DNA of 64,000 nucleotides from Lama glama. Lineage: Eukaryota. The notes beneath the pieces are model-generated. The model was not told the origin of the DNA. It ran no database searches and saw only the letters and a list, made by a program, of their open reading frames with translations. Location: the NCBI GenBank assembly GCA_028534125.1, contig CM052816.1, positions 6,202,001 through 6,266,000 of the forward strand. Direction: 5' to 3'. Positions 1 to 12,822 of the stretch are shown piece by piece. Every line of letters starts with the position of its first letter. The stretch's first letter is position 1. A program made the position numbers and the translations under genes.

Positions 1-150
1 CCTCAGTTTCCACGTAGGTAAAATAATAAACAATGGAATGTCTCAAAGAGTATTGTGAGAAATAAATAAGTTTAAATATGTAAAACATGTAAGATAGTGC
101 ATAGCATGTTATAAAATCTCAGTAATTTTTTTCATATAATTGTTATTATT
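1..150 (+). mobile_element. MIR SINE, 3' half
   Basis: Starts with MIR core CCTCAGTTTCC...TAAAA, then TTGTGAGA-AATAAAT and TGTAAAAC, and ends in an ATTATT tail. Confidence 0.7.
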
Positions 151-184
151 TTCTTGATTCTGAACACCAGTTGTTTTAATTCTA

Positions 185-418
185 ATTTTTAATTGAAGTG
201 TAGTCGACTTACAATGTTAATTTCAGGTGTACAGCAAAGCAATTCAGTTACACATATACATACATATATGTTTTTTTCAGATTCTTTTCCATTACAGCTC
301 ATTACAAGAAATTGAATATAGTTCCCTGTGCTATACAGTAGGTCCTTGTTGTTTATCTATTTTATATGTAATAATGTGTATCTGTTAATTCCAAACTCCT
401 AATCTGTCCCTCCCCCCT
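185..418 (-). mobile_element. 5'-truncated LINE-1 3' UTR fragment (artiodactyl type)
   Basis: TTTTTAATTGAAGTGTAGT...TTCAGGTGTACAGCAAAG...AATATAGTTCCCTGTGCTATACAGTAGGTCC; similar to 54177-54400 and to the reverse complement of 2930-3120. Confidence 0.9.
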
Positions 419-906
419 TATTATTCTATATGTAAGATGAATCTAACCAGAGTTAGCATACAGATATTACCATAAAATTTTAATGCTAATTAATACACAT
501 GAGAATTGAATTCCTTCATTTGTTTTGTACTCTTAATTATTCTTTTCTTATTCTTAATGTGCTTTGCTCAAGTGAACCAACCAGGAAAGTATTCCTGGGG
601 TTATCCAAGAATGTGGAATAAGAACCTAAATTTAATTACAACCTAAAAGGTGTCTTTTAATCAATCCAGACCACTGCCAATTGAATGAGTTTCCCAGAAG
701 GCTGGCAAATCATTAGGTTTAAAAAAGCATTTGTGGGAGGATAAAATATGGAGGGATAACATTATTCTTAAGACTCTTACAGCCCTAAGATTCCGTATCA
801 GAATCTATTGCCAACATGGGAAAAAATGATCATGCATTGCATTGCTATATAATTTAAAATTTTACTGAAGAAAATTATAATGACAGTGCACTTTTAAGAA
901 TTTCTT

Positions 907-3122
907 AAGGGTGCTCACAATGATGCGCGCTATTGCCACTTTTATTCAACATAGTTTAGGAAGTTCTAGCCACAGCAATCAGAGAAGAAAAAGATATAAA
1001 AGGAATCCAGATTGGAAAAAAGAAGTAAAACTGTCACTGTTTGCAGATGACATGATACTATACATAGTAAATCCTAAAGATGCTATCAGAAAACTACTAG
1101 GGCTCATCAAGGAATTTGGTAAAATTGCAGAATACAAAATTAATACACAGAAATCTGTTGCATTTCCATACACTAACAATAAAATATCAGAAAAAGAAAT
1201 TAAGGAAACAACCCCATTTACTATCACATCAAAAAAGAATAAAACACCTAAAAATAAACTTACCTAAGGAGGCAAAAGATCTGTACTCCAAAAACTTCAG
1301 GATACTGCTGAAAGAAATTGAAGATGACACAAAAAGATGGAAAGGTCTGTCATGTTCTGTGATTGGGAGAATCAGTACTGTTAAATTGACCACACTACCC
1401 AAGGCAATATACAGATTCAGTGCAATCCCTGTCAAGATACCAATGGCATTTTTCACAGAACCAAAATCAAAAAATTTTAAATGTGTCTAGAAACACAACA
1501 GACCCTGAATAGCCAAAACAATCTTGAGAAAGAAGAATGGAGCTGGAAGAATCATGCTCCTTGACTTCAGACCATACTACAAAGTTACAGTAATCAAAAC
1601 AGTATGGTATTGGCACAAAAACGGACACATGGATCAATAGAACAGGATTGAAATCCCAGGAATAAACCCACACACTTACGATCAGTTACTCTTCGACAAA
1701 GGAGGCAAGAATATACAATGGGTTTTTAATAATGTGTGAAGATAGTGAATCACTATGTTGTACATCTAAAACCAATATAAGATTGTAAATATACTTTACA
1801 TATTTTTTTAAAAGGATATGCAATGGAGAAAAGACAGTCTCTTGAACAAATGGTGCTGGAAAAACTGGACAGCTACATGTGAAAAAATGAAATTAGAACA
1901 TTTTTTAACACCATACACAATAATAAACTCAAAATGGATTAAAGACCTAAATGTAAGACTAGATACTTAAAAACTCCTCCAGGGAAACATAGACAGAAAC
2001 ACTCTTTGACATAAATTGCAGCAACATTTTTTCCATCCATCCCCTATAGGAGTGAAAATAAAAGCAAAAATAAACAAATGGGACCTAATTAAACTTAAAA
2101 GCTGTTTCACAGCAAAGGAAACCATAAATAAAATGAAAAGACAACCTACAGAATGGGAAAAATATTTGCAAATGATGAGACTGACAAAGTATTAATTTCC
2201 AAAATATACAAACAGCTCATATAGCTTAATATCAAATAAACAATCCAATAAAAAGTGGGCAGAAGACCTGGACATTTCTCCAAAGAAGACATACAGATGG
2301 CCAACAGGCACATGAAAAGATGCTCAACATCACTAATTATTAGAGAAATGCAAATCAAAACCACAATGAAGTATCACTTCACACCCATCATCAAAAAAAT
2401 CTACAGATAATAACTGCTAGAGAGGATGTGGAGAAAAGGGCACCTTCCTACACTGTTGGTGGGAATGTCAATTTGTGTAGCCACTATGGAGAACAGTATG
2501 GATATTCCTTAAAAAGCTAAAAATAGACTTAACAACAGTCCCATTCCTGGGCATATATCCAGAGGAAACTTTAATTCAAAAGGATACATGCACCCCAGTG
2601 TTCATAGCAGTACAATTTACAATAGCCAAGATATGGAAGCAACCTAAATGTCCATCAACAGATGACTGGATAAAGTAGTTACAGTATATAGATACATTGG
2701 ACTACTACTCAACCATAAAAAATAAAGAAATAATGTCATTTGAATCAACATGGATGGACCTAGGGATTATCATATCAAGTGAAGTAAGACAGAGAAAGAC
2801 AAATATCCTATAATATCACTTATATGTGGAATCTAAAAAAAAAAGATACAATTGAACTTATTTACAAACAAGAAATACACTCACAAACATAGAAAACAAT
2901 GGTTAACAAAGTGAAAAGGATGAGGAGGGATAAGTTAGGAGTTTGGGATTAACATATACACGCTACTGTATATAAAATAAACAACAAGGAACTATGTTCA
3001 ATATCTTGTAATAACCTATAATCAAAAATACTCTGAAAAATGTGTGTATATGTATAACTGAATCACTTTGCTTTACACCTGAAACTAACACAGCATTGTA
3101 AACCAACTATACATCAATAAAG
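907..3122 (+). mobile_element. 5'-truncated LINE-1: decayed ORF2 (RT to C-terminus) plus 3' UTR; non-functional
   Basis: ORF 911-1267 contains [21 protein letters not shown] (L1 RT catalytic motif). ORF 1116-1490 contains LPKAIYRFSAIPVKIP. Several frameshifts and stops; the 3' UTR ends at CAACTATACATCAATAAA. Confidence 0.97.
1722..1811 (+). mobile_element. ~90-bp L1 extreme 3' end nested inside the larger L1
   Basis: GAATCACTATGTTGTACATCTAAAACCAATATAAGATTGTA is flanked by a 15-bp duplication: AAGAATATACAATGG (1707-1721) and AAGGATATGCAATGG (1812-1826). Confidence 0.8.
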
Positions 3123-3779
3123 ATACATATTTAAGATAATAATTTATTCAAACTTTTCTATATAAACAGAGAACTAGGGTAGCAAAATAACATTCATCCA
3201 TTGTATCTATAATAAAGACAAAATATGGAAGGTTGGAGGCAAACCGCCACCTGTATGTGCTGTATTGGGAATCTGTGTGGAAGAAAGCAGAGGGAAGTAA
3301 TGGGATATTGGATAAAACTGAGAAGAGGAGAATTCTAAAATCACAGGTAGGAAATCTGGAAACCATGGTGGATTAAAATAAGAAGAATAGCAGACATCAA
3401 AGGATTCTTTGCATACCCCAACTCAGGAGTGAGCAGAAGGCATTGATGGTAAGGTAGAAGGCGACCAAAACATGATGAGCCCAAAGAATTCTCCAGACTG
3501 GGTAACTGATGCTCCTTTCTCAGACCGAGAAAAATTACTGAGGGTAGGATCTAAATTGGGTAGAACAAGTATGAGAGGGTAAAAGGAAAAGAAAGGTTCA
3601 GATGAAACTGATGAAGGAGAACAGAGGAAGGTCGTAGAAAATCCAAGATTATACTGGAGAGGAAGAGAGGGAGTGTGTATGTGGGTGTGTATGTCCTGCA
3701 AAATCAGCAGAAGGAAGAGCTCTAGGTCAATAAGCTAGAAGAGGAATTCTGGCCCACTCTTCCTTCATACAAGCTTAGG

Positions 3780-6415
3780 GAAACTAATCTTATGTAGAAG
3801 TGAGCAACAGTGAAGAATGGCATTCAAATTCCATACAAAGTTATTACAAGAACAAAGGCTAAGAAGGAGCAGAAGAACATCCCTATACACAATTAGCTAA
3901 AAGAAATAAAATGACACAATACATATATGAACCACATAAATCAGAATGAAAATTTAAAAAAATCAGAAATGAGGTGACAACATACAGGGTGGAATTATGA
4001 ATAAAAGGAAATTCATTTCAGAAATGAAGACTAAGCTAGACGGCACACGGGGTCAAATAAACAGCACAGACAACTTATTGGAAATTGAAAGTTGAAAGAA
4101 AGAAAATTCTGAAAATTTTACAAAGGAGTAAAGAGATAAAAGAATTCGAGAGAAAATGGGAGCTATAGGAGACAGGCACACAGTATCTAACATGGATAAA
4201 ACATAAGATCTCTGAAGCAATGAAACAAAACAAAAACTAAAAAAAAAAAAGCTGTATTTTGAGAAAATGTTCTTGAAATAAAAGCAAAACATCAGACTAC
4301 AGATTGAAAAGAAATACTATGTACCTGTAAAAATCCACACAAAGTGACCAACAAGAAGAACAAGAAGATATATCCTCGTGGGGCCACTGAACTTTAAAGA
4401 AAAAATGGAAAGAAAATCCTTTGCGTGCTTGGGCACTCATGAAGGAAAGAAAGTCAAACTTGTGTTAGATTTTTCCAAAAGTTAAAACTTTGTTAGAAGA
4501 CCACAGAGGATCATTTTAAGATTCTCTAAGACAGGATATTTAAGTCATAGATTTTTTTGATCTATCCAAACTGACTTTCAAGTATAAAGGCCATGAAGAT
4601 TCTGTTATGAGCATGCAAAATTCCAGAAATACTGTTTCTGTGTAACTTTACTGAGGAATGTACTAGAAAATACATTTTATGTAACCAAAATGCCTGTAAT
4701 CACGTTGATGTAAGGACTAGTGGTGAGCATTTAATAATGGATTTTTATAGAACTAATAATAAGTAATAGTTATAAAGGAGAGACTGTTATGAAACAACAT
4801 ATTGATATTTTGATATTATAAATACATTATAACTAAAAAAATAGGGTGAGAATGTGGAAAGTATATGAAAAGTATGCTTGCTCATTACTTTCTTGTTATT
4901 AATTAGAATAAAGTACTACGTGTTAGATGTTACACAAGTTAGAGGAGAGGGAAGAAGTTAGTAGCTAATTCAGTATTTCTCACTGTTGAGAACCAATAGA
5001 ACACAACTAATAAGAATAAATAAAATACAGAGACAGAAAAATTAATAGATCAAATTTTAAAAATCTATGCATATAAAATACTTGTGTTATAAGCAGTGTA
5101 ACAGAAAAGAAGCCAAACATCAATCAGGCCAATAAATTTAATTGGACTTACCAAACTATTGAAAAAAACCCCACAATTTTCTGACTGGTTAGCAATGTAA
5201 TGTGCTGCTGTATACAATATAAGTGCCTAAAATAATGAGATTTGGGAGGGAGGGAAATTTTGACCAGAGAAATACAAATAAAAAGAAAGAGGAAGTCATG
5301 ATATTGTTATCATAACAAGGCAAAATATAAAGAGAAGACATTATAGGGAAAGGAGGAAAACTTACCATGCTAGAGGCTGCAATTCCCAGTGAAGCTGTGT
5401 CAGCTATTAATATGTATACACTAGGTAACACAATATTTTCATAAAGCAGAAGCAAAAAAAGGTAAAGAGAAATTGACAGACACCAATTATAAGAAATTTT
5501 TCATACATTTTCTCAATCTAAGACAAATCACATGAACTAAAAAGTGAGCAGGAATTTAGAAGACTTAAATAACATAATCAATAAAGTAGATCTTACAGAT
5601 ACCAAACTATGAGCCCAGATAATAGAGGATATACTTTTTTTCCAAGGATGCATGCAGTGTCCACAAAAATTGATCCTATCATAGACCAAAAAAAGAAAAA
5701 AGCTTAATAATTTCCAAATAATAGAAATAGTACAAAGAGCATTCTCTGGTGGCTGTGCACGAAAACAAGCTACAACAAAATCAAACCCATAAAGGCCTTT
5801 TGCCTGGAAATTAAAAAGAAAAAAATCCTGCTACTGAACAACTCTTGGGCCACAGAATTTCTTAAAAATTAATGGGAATGACAATATACACACTCAAATC
5901 AGAATCTATGCCGTATAAAGTAGTTACCAGAGAAAACGTTAAATACCTCTAATAGTAAAAATCAAACTCTGAATTTAAACTCATTAAAAACTTAATTCAC
6001 AAGCTACAAAAGAAAACCATACTAAAGCAAAAGAAACCAGAAGAAATTCATAAAAGCAGAATTCAGTTAGAAAACAGAGAATGAGTAGAATTAATAGTAA
6101 GTCCAAAAGATGATTCTTTGAAAGCCAAAAATAAGACAAGGTCCTAGCTAATATAAATAGGAAGAAGAACTCACATGTATATAAAATCAGAAATGACAAG
6201 CAGGAAATAATCTTGAAAACAGAATATTTAAAGTCATCAGAGAATTTTTCACAATTCTGTGCATTTAAATTTGAAAACCGAAATGGGTAATTTTAAAGAA
6301 AAACATAACTTATCAAAATTAACCTCATTAAAGACAGAAAGTCCAAAAGATCAGACATGCATAGAAGGAATAGATAAAATTGTTTAAACTTAACCAAAAA
6401 AGCATCAAGCCCTGT
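3780..6415 (+). mobile_element. Ancient L1 (L1M/L1ME class): degenerate ORF1 and ORF2 endonuclease region
   Basis: Strongly A-rich, with L1-like phrases such as AGAAGACTTAAATAACATAATCAATAAAGTAGATCT, CACAAAAATTGATCCTAT and AAATTTGAAAACC. No open frame remains. Confidence 0.8.
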
Positions 6416-6469
6416 TTTCCCCTTCTGCTGCTCCACCTCCCCCCTTCCCCGCACCCCCAGGGTAACACT

Positions 6470-7510
6470 AGAAAAAACAAACGAATTCAGGCCAACTTGA
6501 GGAGGCTCTCACTGGCCATTTGAACATCAACAAAGATAATAATTGCAAAGGGCTGAAACATTAAAAAGGTCTCACCTATGATGACACCGAAACAAACAAA
6601 TCCTAACTGGTCATCTTTGGAGGGTACTAGCAAACCAAGCCACTATTTTGAAGACTGGTAAACAACAGGAAAGAATCCAGCATTTATCCTGTTTTCCCAT
6701 GTGAACTATGTTGCTTGGTACACAAATAGGTGGTGAAGGTGAACTTATCTTTGTAGAAGTATTACAGCTAATAAATGAATATCATCGTTTGGCATTTTGT
6801 AATCAATTTATGGATCATTGTATGTATCTTAAAGGTCTGCTAACATCACAAAAGAGAGACAACCAGAGCTCGTATACCTCCTGATAATGCAGTATAATGT
6901 CACTTGTGAATTAGTCTTGCCAAAAAAAACAGGGGGGGGAAAAATCAATCCTTAATCTAATCAAGACTTTAGATCCAAACAATTTGAAAGAAACCCAGGG
7001 ATATAAGTGCAAAATCCAGATTTTAGGAGCCTCTCCAAGACAACTAATCTGGTTTGCTTATTAAATAAATTGGAAGAAAAAAAGAAATGGAGAGGAACTT
7101 ACAGATTACAACAAATTGAAGGCACACATCAATTAATCAGTATACAGATCTTATTTGGATCCTCATTGAACTAGTACAAAAAGAAAACATGAAATAATGG
7201 GAAATTGTTCACATTAAAGAATGATGATTATTAATGTTTGACTGGGAGTGGTAATGAAATTGCACTTTTGTTTAAAAAAAAAAAAGCCTTTGCCTTTCCA
7301 AGATAAATATGGCAATATTTACAGATGAAATGATACGATGTCTGGCGTTTGCTTCAAATAAGGAGGAAGTAGAAACAGAGGCAGATAAAACAAGATTGGC
7401 CATTAGTTGAAAATTATTCAAGCTGGTTGATGGATATATGGGAGTTCATTATGCTTTTCTATTTATTTTTGTGTATGTTTGAAATTTTTCATAATGTAGA
7501 AATTAATAAA
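6470..7510 (+). mobile_element. Ancient L1 3' UTR (L1MC/L1ME class)
   Basis: ATTTACAGATGAAATGATACGATGTCTGG...AAACAAGATTGGCCAT...GGGAGTTCATTATGC...TGTTTGAAATTTTTCATAAT is a typical old-L1 terminus. Confidence 0.8.
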
Positions 7511-7755
7511 AATTCTATTACTAAAATTAGAGCATAACCCTCATGAATATCACATGGTTATTATTAACTAAACTGGGAGAAAGTGTTCCATTATCTCTGC
7601 TTTAACGTATTTCAGATCCCTCCAACTGCAGTAACAAAGGAAGTATCAGGACACTGACAGGGGTAATAAATTCTCTGTCTTTGCTTCTCTGATTTCTTTC
7701 TTCGTTTCCAGACATTCATTCAGCCTGCTGTTATAGAGCTGCTGATATTGTAAAA

Positions 7756-7772
7756 ATGTTGCTTAGCAACAT
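7756..7772. promoter_or_regulatory. Candidate RFX (X-box) palindromic site
   Basis: ATGTTGCTTAGCAACAT is an 8-bp inverted repeat around one base and fits GTTGC-N-RGCAAC. It lies in non-repeat sequence. Motif match only. Confidence 0.4.
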
Positions 7773-8279
7773 GTTAATGGGGAAAAACGCTCCCTAAAAC
7801 ATTAGGATTTTTGTCTTTTGAAATGTACTAGTTCAGCATATGACACCTCCCACAGCTCAATTTAACAAGAGGAAAAATACCAACTTTCTGAATTTTTTTT
7901 TAATTTTCATAACTGGGTCTGAATTTGATAAGAAAAGAAGAAGTGATGTGTGACAATGACTCGGACTTCATACAGTTCCGTTGGTCTCTTGGTGAGAGTG
8001 GTTTAGAGAGGACAGTCTAGCACTCTCCCCTTACCTAGTATCTGGGGTAGGGGTGGAGGTGGCAAGGCTGAAAGGGTATGCACAGAAAACGCCCAGTCTC
8101 CATCATCCACTTGGGATTATTGTCCAAAGGAAATGAATTAAATATTCAAGCATCTAGAAGGTGTGCCCAGTGAGTCACTCTTTAAGCCTTAGTTTCTTCG
8201 CCAGGAAATCAGGGTATTTGACCAAATGCTCTTGAAGAACATTTCTGTTCTGTATTTCTCTGTGGAAGAGCCCCTAGGC

Positions 8280-8436
8280 CAGCACTTTTCAAACTTGAGT
8301 GTGTCAGCTGTGCCTTTCCTGGGCGTCTTATGAAAATGCAGATCCTGATTTAGTAGGCCTGGTGTGGGGCCTTGAGCTTGCATTTCTAACAAGTTCTCAG
8401 GAGATGCTCATTCTGCCAGTCAGGGAGAACCATGTT
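8280..8436 (-). mobile_element. MER5-family hAT-Charlie DNA transposon
   Basis: TTTTCAAACTTGAGTG...AAAATGCAGAT...GTAGGCCTGGTGTGGGGCC...TGCATTTCTAACAAGTTC...GAGAACCA. Confidence 0.8.
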
Positions 8437-8499
8437 TCTATAGCAAGTCTCCCAGCCGCTCTACATGGGCAGAGAGATTAGAAAACATGACTTCTCAGC

Positions 8500-8725
8500 C
8501 TGGACAGGGCGTATGGTTCAGAGGACAGCTCGAGCATCAAAGACAATGAGGGTCAAACCTTGGGTCTGTCTTTCGATGTGTTTACTGAGCCACAGTGATC
8601 TTCTGATCCTTCACATGCAAAATGGAAGCATGGGTATTTTTTGAGAGGGTTGAATGACATAATGGTATCACCTGTAACATTCTTAGCCAAGCACATAGTA
8701 AGTACTCTGTAAATTTAATTATTGT
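8500..8725 (+). mobile_element. MIR SINE (degenerate)
   Basis: CATGCAAAATGG core remnant and GCACATAGTAAGTACTCTGTAAAT tail. Confidence 0.6.
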
Positions 8726-9834
8726 TGACATAAATGAAAGAGCACTGATGGAGGATCATCTTGCAGCATGAGTCTTTGCCTCCTTATTTATGAGACAGGC
8801 GGTATGAAGAACTGGAAAGGGCGCTGGGCTGGTTCAGAGTGCAGTTTCTCCTCACTGCTGCAGACGTGGCAGTCGTACGTTTTCCTGGGTCTCAGTTTAC
8901 ACATCTACCCAATGAAAAGGCTGAACCCATTCCTTCCTGGTCTGAACCTCCTAGAAATATATTTTAGCATCCCCCGAAAGACTTGGAGCCATGAGTGGCA
9001 GCAGGGAAGCTCCAAGGAGTCAGCCCCTCATTTAATAAACTGTGAGAGAAGAGAGTTAGGTGGCAAAATGCTTATGGATGAAAAGCACAGACCCATGAGA
9101 ATCTGCCAAGCAGTAGATCTATTTTAAAACCCAGTTCTTTTTAGCAACAGAGAGCCAGGGCAGTGACTTAATTACCAGTGGGCTACATCAGAAGCAAAAC
9201 TGGAGCCAGCATTCCTGAACTGGGGTGAAGAACAGATTGACCAGCTCTGGGGAGGTCAGGTCTTCTGAACCCCTCCACTACTTCCCTGTTCATACATCAT
9301 TTAGGTCTCCGATGTGCCAAGCTTTAGAGTTTTAAACAAATGTCCTTGGGACTGTAGGACTTTGTCCATTTTCTAAAGGATTTTGTAAGCATCTGTCAGC
9401 GTCTGTGTGATTCATACACAAATGTGCATATGAATCACTTCCTTTCTATTCCACACCATGGTCCCCACCCCCACTCCCTCACAGACATCCTTCCCCGCCA
9501 CAGCCTGCTCCCCACCATTTGAAGAGAATAAGTGAAGGAACTGATTTTGTGGTGATTAACATACCAACAGTGCTTCTTTTTTTGAAACCACCAGGGCTCA
9601 GAATCCCTTGGGGGGACCTTCTCATGAAGGTTTCTAGGGGACCGTTGAGTAGGAGCTGGCCCTGAGAGAGCCAGTTCAGTGTCAGCTCAGGGACTGACAT
9701 GGCCACTCTGAACCAGAAAGGAACTTGAGGATGGTGTGAGCCTCAACATGGTGATTAAGAAAACCCTGGATTCTTAGAGAGGGAAGGCACCATAAACATC
9801 ACTTAACGAAACCTCAGTAAGTTTGTAACACACA

Positions 9835-10036
9835 ATAGGTTTTTGAGTGGCATAACTTTGGCCCAGATTCCTGCTTCATTATATGCCAGATTTTCTTAAC
9901 TGAACAGGTGACCTTACATGAGTTACTTTACTTTTCTAATCTTTCTTTCCCTCTGATAGAAAAAGGGTAACTAACTACATTTGTCTTAGGGGTCTTATAA
10001 GGTCAAATGAGATTTCATATTTAAAATGCTTGGGAT
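9835..10036 (+). mobile_element. MIR SINE, interrupted by a solo LTR
   Basis: CAGATTCCTGCTTC...GTGACCTT...GAGTTACTTTAC...GGTCAAATGAGAT...TAAAATGCTT. Confidence 0.65.
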
Positions 10037-10555
10037 TGTTAGCAATTGCAAACTTGTACTGCTTGCCACACAACAGACCAATAAATCGAGAGACGAGTTG
10101 TTGGGGCAAGGGATAGCCACTTTGTTCAGAAGTCCAGCTCACTGAGAAGACGGTGGAATAGTGTACCAAAGAACCATCTTTCCCAAGTCAGAATTCAAGT
10201 TCCTTTTATATTAAAAGGGAAAGAGTTGTGATTGGTTGTTGCAAACTTCTTGGTGTCACAATCCTTTGTTCTTGCAGCTGTCTACATAGGTCAGGTCACG
10301 ATGTTTCTGTAAACTTCCAATAAGACAAATGTTATTTTCTGTTCTGTAATTTTAAATCTCTATATGAGTAGGAAAGTGTTATACCCTCAAAGGTCAGAGT
10401 CTTGAGTATGGGTTAACCTGTATATTTCAGGCTATAGGAACATTTTTTTTACAAAAGGTGCAGAACCAGCATGACTAAGCACAGGAAACAGAGCACAGGG
10501 TTAGAGGTAAACGAACTGATCTAATATGGAGTCAGATTTGTTCTTCCCTATTATA
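10037..10555 (-). mobile_element. ERV1-class solo LTR, MER41-like (laurasiatherian/artiodactyl)
   Basis: TGTTA...TATTATA termini with 4-bp TSD GGAT (10033-10036 and 10556-10559). Contains CCAATAAATCGAGAGACGAG-TTGTTGGGGCAAGG and ATATGGAGTCAGATTTGTTC, which I recall from MER41-like LTRs. Confidence 0.85.
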
Positions 10556-11299
10556 GGATGATTCCTGAAACAATGTCTTAGTTTTTATAACGATAATAAC
10601 AATAGAAAATTGTACTAACCAGTGGATTTTCAGGTGTTTCTCTAATTTCTCCAGTGGAGGATTTAGAGCCAAGAGGTCAGACAGACAGCCTATGGGCTGG
10701 ATTTCACATGCAGATTTATTTTGTTTGTCCTTTTCAGCAGTGATCAAGGTGCTTTTTTGTTGTTGTTGTTGTTGTTAGCCTGTATTTTAAAAGTGAGAGA
10801 TTTTATAATTTTGCATCATAATCTATATTTCTTGAAACTTTTTGAAATATCAGTAGATCTGGCAAACACCAACCCACATTCCAGCATGATAATAATCAGC
10901 TGGAGGTGAGATGGGGCTTCCCCCTTTGTGGAAATCATTTTTCTCCCTTTTGCTACAGTCTTCACCCTTCCCTGCTGTCTTACTATTACACTGTTTTACT
11001 TCATATGCTTTACCTTCTGTATTTGAAACAGTATTTATGTTTGCTATCCCTTGATATAGCACCTTGAATGTAACACCATGCCTTGGTGTGATTTGATTGG
11101 CATTGGCAATTGTGAGCATGTTACTAGATACAGATGCATCCACTAATGATTTGAGAGAATGTTGTGCATTAGGAAACATGAGAGTAGCCCATTTCAGAGT
11201 ACCTGCCCAGGTCATACTCTGTTCTTTAAAATGACTTGCTCTTCCCACCCAAAACCCTGCTGAGGTGGGGGGCAGGGGGGAGGTTAGCTAGAGAGCACC

Positions 11300-11660
11300 A
11301 AGAACCTTGTGAGACTGCCCTCACTTTGGTCACAGATGGATGGAGCAAAAGTCAACACCTGATCTGAGACAAGCCAATCAGATTCCATTCCCTGGAAGTT
11401 CTAACTATAATAGTGAGAAGCTGGCTCTGTGGCTGATGATGGCAGCACTGAAACTACAGGCTCATGAAGAACTGAGTCTGCATGGAGGTGACAGGAGACA
11501 AAGACAAAAGCCACGCAAGCCAAGGTTCTGGAGGAGCATATGGTAGCCAGGAGTCACTGGAGGAAGCCAGTCTGCTAAGACGAATAGAAAAGCAGATGAG
11601 AGTTGTGGAAATGAGCAGTGGAAACAACTACGTGGCCAATTAGAAAGACAAAGGATGTCT
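11300..11660 (+). mobile_element. Ancient ERVL/MaLR LTR fragment (family uncertain)
   Basis: CACCTGA...GCCAATCAGATTC-CATTCCCTGG motif common in old LTR33/LTR67/MLT1-type elements; a similar motif occurs at ~40160-40220. Confidence 0.45.
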
Positions 11661-11861
11661 ATGACCGACCTTCCAGTCTCTGGAGTTGAGCAGACTGGTT
11701 GTAAATGCTTCCATCTTCAATCAGTCATTCCTTGACCTTCTTTCTTTTTTATGTCTCTATGCCACCATCCTTTCCTACCTCTCAGAATATCTGTCTGTCT
11801 CCTATGTTGGCATCTTTTCCTCCATTATAAGTTTCCCTCTCTTCTCTATTCACATTTACTG

Positions 11862-12216
11862 TGCTATGGGTGAATGTTAGTGTCCCTCTAAAATTCATAT
11901 GTTGGAATCCAATCCCCAGTATGGTGTTATTTGGAGATGAGGGTGATGAGGTCATGAGGATGGAATCCTCATAAACAGGATTCGTTCCCTTATAGAAGAG
12001 ACCCCAGAGAGCTCCCTCACCACTTTCACCATGTGATGATAAATCAAGGAGACACCTGTCTGTGGACCAGGAAGCCAGGTCTGACCAGATACTGAGTCTG
12101 CTGGCACACTGATCTTGGACTTCCCAGCCTCCAGAACTAGGAGAGAAAAATGTCCATTGTTTATAAGCAACGCAGTCTATGGTGTTCTATTATAGCAGTC
12201 AGAATAGACTAAGACA
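11862..12216 (+). mobile_element. MaLR solo LTR, MLT1A-like
   Basis: TGCTATGG...AAAATTCATATGTTG...GATCTTGGACTTCCCAGCCTCCAGAACT...ATAGCAG...GACTAAGACA. Confidence 0.9.
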
Positions 12217-12221
12217 CACTT

Positions 12222-12822
12222 TTTTTTAACTTTTTTTTATTGAGTTATAGTCATTTTACAATGTTGTGTCAAATTCTAGTCTAGAGCACAATTTTTCACT
12301 TATACATGAACATATATACATTCATTGTTACATTCTCTTTTGCTGTGAGCCACCACTGCTACACAGTACAATCTTGTTTATCTAGTCTACATTTTGAAAT
12401 CCCAGTCCCTTCCTACCCCCCGTCCCCCTGGCAACCACAGGTTTGTATTCTATGTCTATGAGTCTGTTTCTGTTTTGTATTTATGTTTTTGTTTTTTGTT
12501 TTTAGATTCTGCATATGAGCGATCTCATATGGTATTTTTCTTTCTCTTTCTGGCTTACTTCACTTAGAATGACATTCTCCAGTAACATCCATGTTGCTGC
12601 AAATGGCATTATGTTGTTGTTTTTATGGCTGAATAGTATTCCATTGTATAAATATGCCACCTCTTCTTTATCCAATCATCTGTTGATGGACATTTACACT
12701 GTTTCCATGTCTTGGCTATTGTAAATAGTGCTGCTATGAACATTGGGGTGCAGGTGTCATTTTGAAGTAGGGTTCCTTCTGGATATATGCCCAGGAGCAG
12801 GATTCCTGGGTCATATGGTAAG
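12222..12822 (-). mobile_element. Young 5'-truncated LINE-1 (camelid-type 3' UTR) with perfect TSD
   Basis: Poly-T head; ORF2 C-terminus on the minus strand (LPYDPGILLLGIYP...CTPMFIAALFTIAKTWKQ); TSD TAAGACACACTT at 12210-12221 and 12823-12834. Confidence 0.95.

Noticed and set aside
911..1490. RT-like ORFs as a functional gene or novel retroelement system
   Set aside because: They are frameshifted pieces of a standard 5'-truncated L1 ORF2.
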